DNA of 46,383 nucleotides from Spirochaetota bacterium (lineage in GTDB: Bacteria; Spirochaetota; UBA4802; UBA5550). The notes under the pieces were generated by a model. The model was not told the origin of the DNA. It saw only the letters and a program-made list of their open reading frames with translations, and made no database searches. Positions 38,094 through 44,992 of this stretch are shown piece by piece. The translations under genes were made by a program, and so were the position numbers. The stretch is taken from positions 1 through 46,383 of the forward strand of contig JBNKTL010000007.1 in assembly GCA_050298055.1 (NCBI GenBank), given 5' to 3'. How positions within the stretch are numbered: position 1 is the stretch's first letter; each line of letters starts with the position of its first letter.

Positions 38094-39419
38094 TCAGATA
38101 ATTTCTTCCTCCAGTGAACGGGCAACAATTTTAATCCCCCGGTCGATCTCCTCCCTGCTCACATTCAGGGGAGGTCTGAACCGTACCGACCGCGGGCCGC
38201 AGGGAAGAACGAGGAGCCGGTACTTATAACATCTCTTTATGAGGGCGTCCCTGGTTTCCCTGTCCGGAAGGTCAAAGGCGCACATGAGCCCTCTTCCCCG
38301 GGGATTGCCGATATGTTCCGGATACTCCTTCTCCATGCCCAGGAGTTTCTCATGAAGGTACTCCCCTGTTTCCGCCGCGTGTTCCACAAGCTTTTCTTTA
38401 TGGATTATCTCCAGGTACCGGGCGCACCTGACCATGTCCGTGAGGTTCCCACCGAAAGTGGAGTTTATCCGGGAGGGTTCCCTGAACACGTGGTCCTTTA
38501 CCTCATCAAGCCTTTTCCCCGCCATGAAACCGCAAACCTGTGTCTTTTTTCCAAAGACGATAATATCCGGCTCTATTCCACAATGTTCACAGGCCCACAT
38601 CTTCCCGGTGATCCCCAGACCTGTCTGCACCTCGTCCACAATGAGAAGAATATCATTTTCCCGGCAGATCTCCCGGAGCTTCCCGAAGAACTCCTTCCTG
38701 AAGTGGTTGTCTCCCCCCTCTCCCTGTATGGGCTCGATAATCAGTGCCGCGATATCATCACCGGAAGATTTGAGGGAGTCCCTGATTTCATCAACGGCGT
38801 CATCCTCCATTTTTTTCACATCCTCAAGGTTTTTATCCGTAAGGGGGAAACGTATGACGGGGGAGGTTATCCGGGGCCAGTTGAATTTCGCGAAGTATTT
38901 TGTCTTTCTTTGATCAAAGGTGTTGGTGAGGGAGAGGGTATACCCGCTTCTCCCATGAAATGCGCCGGTGAAATGTATTATCCGGTGCCCGGTCTCTTTC
39001 TTTATTCCCCGGGCAAAGTTTTTCCTGACCTTCCAGTCCATGGCCGCCTTGAGGCCGTTCTCCACGGCAAGGGTCCCGCCTGATATGAAAAAGAAGTACT
39101 TCATGAAGCAGGGCGCCGCGAGCCTGTGGAATGTGTCCACGAATTCCGCCATCTCCACGGTATAGACATCGGAGTTGGCCGGTTTGGTTGACGCAACTCT
39201 TCCCAGTTTTCTGAGGAATGCGGGTTCCGTCATGGCCGGGTGGTTGTGGCCCAGGGGGAGGGACCCGTAAAAGGTGAAAAAGTCCAGGAAGAGAGACCCG
39301 GTTTTAAAATCGGCAAGGTATGTCCCCTTACTCTTTTCAAGGTCCAGGACAAGGTCGTAGCCGTCAACCAGCATGCGGCGCCCAAGTATCCCGTGTACTT
39401 CTCCCGGACTGATCACCAT
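38094..39419 (-). CDS. lat: L-lysine 6-transaminase (class III PLP aminotransferase)
   Basis: KPANSD.Y, GGTLAVENGLKAAMDWKVRKN, AFHGRSGYTLSLTNT, F.WPRI, EPIQGEGGDNHF, DEVQTG, FGKKTQVCG, SRINSTFGGN. Confidence 0.92.
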   Translation of the reverse strand: MVISPGEVHGILGRRMLVDGYDLVLDLEKSKGTYLADFKTGSLFLDFFTFYGSLPLGHNHPAMTEPAFLRKLGRVASTKPANSDVYTVEMAEFVDTFHRLAAPCFMKYFFFISGGTLAVENGLKAAMDWKVRKNFARGIKKETGHRIIHFTGAFHGRSGYTLSLTNTFDQRKTKYFAKFNWPRITSPVIRFPLTDKNLEDVKKMEDDAVDEIRDSLKSSGDDIAALIIEPIQGEGGDNHFRKEFFGKLREICRENDILLIVDEVQTGLGITGKMWACEHCGIEPDIIVFGKKTQVCGFMAGKRLDEVKDHVFREPSRINSTFGGNLTDMVRCARYLEIIHKEKLVEHAAETGEYLHEKLLGMEKEYPEHIGNPRGRGLMCAFDLPDRETRDALIKRCYKYRLLVLPCGPRSVRFRPPLNVSREEIDRGIKIVARSLEEEII

Positions 39420-39524
39420 ATATCCTTCCTGTCAGTGAGATATAATAACCATATAACACCGGGATTATAAACCGGATAAAGTTTTATGACAAGAATTATT
39501 CGCTATTAATTCCTGAATGTGGAG

Positions 39525-39797
39525 CTAATAGTTATATTTTTCCATATAAACCAATGCGTAATCTTCAGCGAGCCATTCTGTTTTCGATTCTTTGTAGCCC
39601 AGCTTTTTATAGAGGTGAAGATTTCTATCACTTTTATGGCCGGTAAATAATCTGTATTTTTTTACGGTATTCGAGTATAGATTCTCGATATATATAAGCG
39701 CCTGTCCGTAAAACGCTCTGTATTGAAGCTCCAGTATTTGATTTAAGTCCTGTTTTTCTACAATTTTTATCTTCCCCTGGTTTATTTTTTTCAACAC
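39525..39797 (-). pseudogene. GNAT acetyltransferase remnant with in-frame internal deletion
   Basis: N-terminal DLNQILELQY.AF..QALIY joined directly to C-terminal IEN...LFTGHKS.RNL.LYKKLGY; central acetyl-CoA motif A absent. Confidence 0.65.
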
Positions 39798-39894
39798 AAC
39801 ACCTGTTGAACCTTTTTTTTCAAAAATACCGCAAGTGAAAAGGACGGGACGGCAAAAAAAGTCATGTTGAAACATTTGTTTGCTGACTGATATT

Positions 39895-40740
39895 TCATAT
39901 CATCCTCTTGTCAGCGGTATTAATGGTAAATTTCCACTCCGCGGTATAGGGAAACAACCATCCTTCCTGCTGTAAGATCCAAAACAGACCCTCTTCAACT
40001 TTTAACTCCGGTTCCGACAGGAGTGTGACAGAGGAATTTTGCGGATAACGGACCATGACTTTTATGCTCACATCAATAAGCCAGCCGGAAGCCTTTCTTG
40101 ACGCCGCCAATGAAATACGCGACGGATTCAGGGCCAGGGCATACCGGGCTTCTTTTTTTCCCAGGCAGTAATCACGTATGGGCCAATCTATCCTCTTTTG
40201 GACCTGGAATTCTTCTCCACTCTGTCTGTTAAGTAAATCGGCTTTGAACATCGTTATAATATCCTTTATCTTTTCAGAATGCAGGGGGAAATTCGAATGA
40301 AATACGCGAACCCCCCTTTTCGGTGGGGGAAAAATCATCATGAGAGTTTCTCTGGATACTTCGGGATAGACCGGGTATGCCAGTACTCCCATGATTGCAT
40401 TTAATCCGTAAATCCCCATTTTATCCCTGAGAGAAAATACCGGTAAAGAACTTTTCTCTCTGGGTTTTTCTGAAAGTGTTTTTATTCTCCTGTTTACCTC
40501 TCCTATTGAAATGTTTATTGTTGCTATCAGGAGAATAATGCCAATCAATAATATACCTGCCCTCATAAACAAATAGCGTCTGTTGATTATTTTAACGGGA
40601 AGAAAAACCACCAATCCAAGGAAAGAAAGAAACGCTGTATTATAAGCAAAAAAAGTCAAAGCCCAGGCAAAAATGAATAAAAGAGCCAGCCATATGATTG
40701 TAAAAATTACTCCTAGGGGAATTTTTATTTTTTTCATCAT
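39895..40740 (-). CDS. Hypothetical membrane-anchored protein
   Basis: About 280 aa ORF with three N-terminal hydrophobic segments; no recognised motif. Confidence 0.65.
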   Translation of the reverse strand: MMKKIKIPLGVIFTIIWLALLFIFAWALTFFAYNTAFLSFLGLVVFLPVKIINRRYLFMRAGILLIGIILLIATINISIGEVNRRIKTLSEKPREKSSLPVFSLRDKMGIYGLNAIMGVLAYPVYPEVSRETLMMIFPPPKRGVRVFHSNFPLHSEKIKDIITMFKADLLNRQSGEEFQVQKRIDWPIRDYCLGKKEARYALALNPSRISLAASRKASGWLIDVSIKVMVRYPQNSSVTLLSEPELKVEEGLFWILQQEGWLFPYTAEWKFTINTADKRMI

Positions 40741-40793
40741 CAGAACCAATTAACACTGCTGTTCAGGATGGGCCGTATAAAAACAACGTATTT

Positions 40794-41441
40794 TTAACCA
40801 CGATAACCTGATCCGGGAACCCTTCTTTCAAACTCATTGCAAAGGGATGTTTCCTGAACAAACTTTTCATGTCTATCGTGAATTCCCAGGAAATCCTTTT
40901 TCGTTCGTACTTCATCGTATTCAGACTTCAGGTTCCTGAAACACATCATCGCGCCAAATGCACCGTGTCCAAAGGGACTGTAATCAGAATACTGGCAGTT
41001 TATGCACGATTGAATGAACACATCTTCAGCCAGTTTTTTTTGGATTTCCAGAAGTTCTTCTTCAAACCAACCGGAATATCCCGAAGAATCGAATTGCTTC
41101 CCCTGATAACCGAGAGTCATTTTATATTCTTCTTTATCAAGACCACCCCGATCATCGGGTTTACCCAATTTAACGACAACTGACAGTTCAGATTGTATTA
41201 ATTCATTCTTATGGTTGACCAGAACAGGCATCTTAAATTCAAATTCGCAATGGCAAAGTGAATTGTAATGGAGTTTGAATCTACTCGGCAAAGTCTCAGT
41301 CTTTTTAGGCTCAAGGTCATCGAACTCTCTGCCGGAAAATTCCCATCCTTCAAGAATGACTCTTACTTCTTTCCCGTCATTTGACATTGTTCCTGAGATT
41401 TCACCCAGGTGGTCTTTATATACAAATTCAGAATGAATCAT
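40794..41441 (-). CDS. Hypothetical protein, DUF6304-like, Cys-rich C-terminus
   Basis: Y.D..G, NDG, F.G..FDDLEP, C.NC.YSDYSP.G...FG.M.CFRN.K, VQET..C.EF pattern; real start probably ATG 41441 (track extension lies in a repeat). Confidence 0.7.
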   Translation of the reverse strand: MIHSEFVYKDHLGEISGTMSNDGKEVRVILEGWEFSGREFDDLEPKKTETLPSRFKLHYNSLCHCEFEFKMPVLVNHKNELIQSELSVVVKLGKPDDRGGLDKEEYKMTLGYQGKQFDSSGYSGWFEEELLEIQKKLAEDVFIQSCINCQYSDYSPFGHGAFGAMMCFRNLKSEYDEVRTKKDFLGIHDRHEKFVQETSLCNEFERRVPGSGYRG

Positions 41442-41446
41442 TAAAA

Positions 41447-41519
41447 TCTCTTCCTTCGTGATCTTCGTGGTGAATCTCTCCCTCTCCATCTTCAACTCGG
41501 AACTCGAAACTTGGAACTA
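41447..41519. repeat. Composite repeat (7-mer array + CACGAAG 9-mer module), minus orientation
   Basis: Minus strand reads TAGTTCCAAGTTTCGAGTTCCGAGTTGAAGA...AGAGATTCACCACGAAGATCACGAAGGAAGAG. Confidence 0.8.
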
Positions 41520-42743
41520 TCCTTTAAATCCTTCAAAAACCCCAACAACATAATCAATATCATCCTCCGTATGGTCCGCATTCACCTGGAGCCTTATCTC
41601 ATCTTCACCTTCCGGTACTACCGGGTAAGCTATCCCCGTGGCAAGGATCCCGTTTTCAAGGAGGTACTCCACAAGCTTCCCGCACTTCACGGGGTCTCGC
41701 ACCAGGACAGGGACTATAGGGTGGCTGCTTTCGATTACCGGATAGCCGGCATTTTTCAGACCTGTCTCAAGGCGGGCAGTAAGCTTTCTCAGAACTTCAA
41801 GGAGCCCGGTACCGGTTTTACTGTCCAGGAGATCCACTGCGACGAGTGATGCCGCCGCTTCACCCGGGGTTATGGGATTGGAATAGATATAGAAAGGGGC
41901 GGTCTCCCTGAGGTAGCGGATGATCGTTTCCGATGAGACCGCATATCCCCCGTTTACTCCCAGGGCCTTTCCCAGGGTGGAGACCAGTATATCCACGCAG
42001 CCCGAACCGGTAAATTCCTCCGTGCCCCGGCCGGTTTTGCCGAAGGCCCCGATGCCGTGGGAGTCGTCCAGAATGAGTGTAATCCCCTCGGGGAAACCAG
42101 GGGAATATCTTTCCTTTATGACACAGATCTCCCCCAGAGGCACATGGTCCCCTCTCATGCTGAATATCCCGTCTGTAACGATTATGACCCTCTCATATTT
42201 TCCCCTGAGGGATTTCATACAATTTTCCAGTTCATCTGTATTGTTATGTCCGTAGATCTCTTTTGTCCCGGGACGGGAGAGCCTTACGGCATTGATAATG
42301 GAGTTGTGGTTGAGCTCGTCAGTGAGCACCGCCGTGTTCCGGTCAATCAGGGGAGGGAGCACCCCCAGGACTGCGGAATAGGCGGAACTGAAAATCATGC
42401 ACTCCTCCCTGTTGTGGAATTTCGCAAGCCTCTTTTCAAGTTCCACATGGTGAATACCGGTCCCGCTGATAAACCTCACTGCCCCCGGTCCCGTACCAAA
42501 ATACTCCGCAGCGGTCCTCTCCGCCTCAATGATCTCTTGTCTGAGGTGAAATCCCAGGTATGAGTTTGAGTTCATCCTGATAAATTCTCTGTTCCCCTGT
42601 CCCCTGAGGAGGTAACGGGTCCCTTTTGTTTCTGAACCGGAAACAAAACCGGCAATGACCGTTTCAGACCCCTTGGCCCTCCCGGTCTTTTCCAGTTCAT
42701 GAAGTTTTTCCTTCAGCTTTTTCCCCAGTCTCTCATTGCTCAT
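41517..42743 (-). CDS. kbl: 2-amino-3-ketobutyrate CoA ligase (glycine C-acetyltransferase)
   Basis: NSNSYLG, GPGAVRFISGT, DELNHNSII, TDGIFSMRG, DDSHG, TLGKALG; translationally coupled to tdh. Confidence 0.85.
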   Translation of the reverse strand: MSNERLGKKLKEKLHELEKTGRAKGSETVIAGFVSGSETKGTRYLLRGQGNREFIRMNSNSYLGFHLRQEIIEAERTAAEYFGTGPGAVRFISGTGIHHVELEKRLAKFHNREECMIFSSAYSAVLGVLPPLIDRNTAVLTDELNHNSIINAVRLSRPGTKEIYGHNNTDELENCMKSLRGKYERVIIVTDGIFSMRGDHVPLGEICVIKERYSPGFPEGITLILDDSHGIGAFGKTGRGTEEFTGSGCVDILVSTLGKALGVNGGYAVSSETIIRYLRETAPFYIYSNPITPGEAAASLVAVDLLDSKTGTGLLEVLRKLTARLETGLKNAGYPVIESSHPIVPVLVRDPVKCGKLVEYLLENGILATGIAYPVVPEGEDEIRLQVNADHTEDDIDYVVGVFEGFKG

Positions 42744-43705
42744 TTTCGTTCACTCTTTTTTAATTTTTCCGACATTTTCGCGAGCATTTCCCGGGTCATC
42801 TTTTCCAGGTCGTACCCGGGCTTCCATCCCCATTCCCTTACGGCCGCGGAGTCATCCAGACTGTGGGGCCAGGAATCGGCAATCTCCTGCCTTACCGGGT
42901 CTACGATATATTCTATTGTGAAACCGGGGATATGCTTCCTTATCTCCGCCGCTATCTCGCCGGGGGTGACGCTCATGGCGGTGATATTGAATGCGTTCCT
43001 GTGCACAAGTTTTACAGGATCGGCCTCCATGAGGGTAAGCGCCGCCTTGAGGGCATCGGGCATATACATCATGTCGAGCCGCGTGTCCTCCCTGAGGTAA
43101 CAGGTATATCTGCCGTCTCGTACTGCCGATCTGAATATATCAACGGCATAATCTGTTGTCCCCCCTCCCGGTTCTGTTCCGTGTGATATGATCCCCGGGT
43201 AGCGCACACCCCTTACGTCAACCCCGTACTTTCTGTTGTAGTAGTTGCAGAGAAGTTCGCCGGACACCTTTGTGATCCCGTAGATGGTCCCCGGCTGCTG
43301 AAGGGTATCCTGGGGAGTAAAGTCACGCGGGGTGGTGGGACCGAATGCCCCGATGGAACTGGGAACAAAGAGGGAACAGTGATAATTCTTTGAGACCTCC
43401 AGGACATTTAACAGGCCGTTCATATTGATATCCCATGCTCGCTTAGAGTCTTCCTCACCCTTAGCGGAGAGTATGGCTGCAAGATGGTATATTGTGTCTA
43501 TTTTCTCCGAGAAAACTATTTCTTCGGTTTTTTCATAGTCCCTGCAGTCCAGGTACCGGAAGGGACCGGAGTCCAGGAGCTCCGCCGACGGCTCCTTCCT
43601 GTAACCGGTGGCAATGACCGAGTGTCTCCCCAGCTTATCCCTGAGGAGGGGAGTGAGTTCGGACCCGATCTGCCCCGTTGCGCCGATGACCAGTACTCTT
43701 TTCAT
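42740..43705 (-). CDS. tdh: L-threonine 3-dehydrogenase (extended SDR type)
   Basis: GATGQIG, HLAAILSA.GE, PSSIGAFG, YGITK, PGGGTTDYA, RQ.IADSWP. Confidence 0.88.
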   Translation of the reverse strand: MKRVLVIGATGQIGSELTPLLRDKLGRHSVIATGYRKEPSAELLDSGPFRYLDCRDYEKTEEIVFSEKIDTIYHLAAILSAKGEEDSKRAWDINMNGLLNVLEVSKNYHCSLFVPSSIGAFGPTTPRDFTPQDTLQQPGTIYGITKVSGELLCNYYNRKYGVDVRGVRYPGIISHGTEPGGGTTDYAVDIFRSAVRDGRYTCYLREDTRLDMMYMPDALKAALTLMEADPVKLVHRNAFNITAMSVTPGEIAAEIRKHIPGFTIEYIVDPVRQEIADSWPHSLDDSAAVREWGWKPGYDLEKMTREMLAKMSEKLKKSERK

Positions 43706-43774
43706 AAAAAATTTCCTTGATTCAATCTAACACCATATTTTTTTCCTTGTCTATTTATTTATTTTCTTTCGGGG

Positions 43775-43910
43775 AAGAGTTTTTGAACCGTTAGTTCGCA
43801 AAGAAGAAGAGATTTACTACGAAGCTCTCGAAGTTCACGAAGAAAGAGTGTAAGAAAAGGAGATCGGGGAGATAAAGGGGGGATAGGGAGATAAAATATT
43901 TTTGAACTGC
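43775..43910. repeat. Chain of three forward repeat modules
   Basis: AAGAG-TTTTTGAACCG...CGCAAAG, AAGAG-ATTTACTACGAAG.., AAGAG-TGTAAGAAAAGGAGAT..GGGAGATAA. Confidence 0.85.
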
Positions 43911-43984
43911 TTAATTCGGAAAATTTGTTCTTTACCCGGTTTTATATTACGTATATCATGGCTGCGATACAGGAGAGTCACCCG

Positions 43985-44179
43985 ATGAGAGCTATAACCG
44001 GCGAAGAGAAAGAATATCTATCCATTGAATTTGAAAACCTCAAAATGTCTCATGAAATAATTGACTCTGCTTCTTTTGAAGAATGCTCCTTTACGAACTG
44101 TGATTTCAGTGAAGCTGAATTTACCGGCTGTGAATTCACTGACTGTCTGGAAAGCCTGGAAATTGAACTGGTTGATTGA
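43985..44179 (+). pseudogene. Pentapeptide-repeat protein remnant with in-frame internal deletion
   Basis: AGGAG RBS; FEECSFTNCDFSEAEFTGCEFTDC repeats joined abruptly to LESLEIELVD; only 64 aa. Confidence 0.65.
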
Positions 44180-44619
44180 CAAATTCAATGTCAATAAATA
44201 TTCGATACGCAAAACCTTCTGACTTTCCGGAAATTTATCAATTAATCTGCGACCTTGAATATGAAGTTTTTGATATAACTGAATTTCAGCGTATATTCGA
44301 AGAAAACCTGAAAAACCGGAATATTTTTTATAATCTTGCCGAAGTTGACGGGGAAACCGCCGGCTTCATGAGCCTTCACATTCAGAGTCTTCTCTATCAC
44401 TGCGGAGAGGCTGCGGAGATACAGGAAATGATTGTAAAAGAAAAATTTCGGGGCAGGGGTATCGGCAGAATGCTCATTGAAGAAGCAAAGGAAATTGCCG
44501 GAAAAAACAGGTGCGTAAGTCTGATCGTTGCTTCACACATTACACGGAAGGACGCACACAGGTTTTACAAAAGAATGGGTTTTAGAAAGGACCACTTTAA
44601 ATTTGAAATCGTCCTATAA
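44176..44619 (+). CDS. GNAT N-acetyltransferase, PhnO-like
   Basis: SLHIQ.LL.H....EIQE..V....RGRGIG, R.DAHRFY...GF..HFKF; start TTG 44176 or ATG 44188. Confidence 0.8.
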   Translation: MTNSMSINIRYAKPSDFPEIYQLICDLEYEVFDITEFQRIFEENLKNRNIFYNLAEVDGETAGFMSLHIQSLLYHCGEAAEIQEMIVKEKFRGRGIGRMLIEEAKEIAGKNRCVSLIVASHITRKDAHRFYKRMGFRKDHFKFEIVL

Positions 44620-44825
44620 TTTTGGGAAGTTTCTTGTACGATGAAAGTTCTTGTGACTGGAAAGCCATAGATAATAGAAAATGATATAGAACTATTAATT
44701 ATTGTTTTTTATTCTGAATATTAAACCGGTTATAAGCACCCGGATCTCATAAACCACTATATAAAAAAATCCCCCCTTTTCCTCTTGACAAATGCAGATT
44801 GTGTAAAATTCTTTCATTTTTTAAT

Positions 44826-44960
44826 GTCACTACTCAGCTATGTGCAAAAATAAACATGTTTATGAATAAAAAATAACTGATGTGTCTCCACACCGAATGC
44901 AGTGGGGATATTTTTTGATATTTTAGTATATTTATTTTAAACATATAGCTGAGATGTTAC
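44826..44960. mobile_element. MITE-like element, copy 6, upstream of aspS
   Basis: GTCACTACTCAGCTATG ... CATATAGCTGAGATGTTAC ends with a degenerate internal hairpin at 44880-44911. Confidence 0.65.
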
Positions 44961-44992
44961 TTTATTAATTATGATTATTCTGCGAGGAATTG

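Noticed and set aside
38313..39083. 256-aa plus-strand ORF, and the many other antisense or alternate-frame ORFs in the track
   Set aside because: They are shadows of well-supported genes (here lat) with no recognisable motifs.
41442..41495. N-terminal extension MKMERERFTTKITKEEIL of the DUF6304-like ORF
   Set aside because: It is a translation of the repeat module; ATG 41441 is the likelier start.
23382..43910. Repeat chains as CRISPR arrays
   Set aside because: Units are 7-10 bp, degenerate and contiguous, with no 25-45 bp repeats separated by unique spacers and no cas genes.
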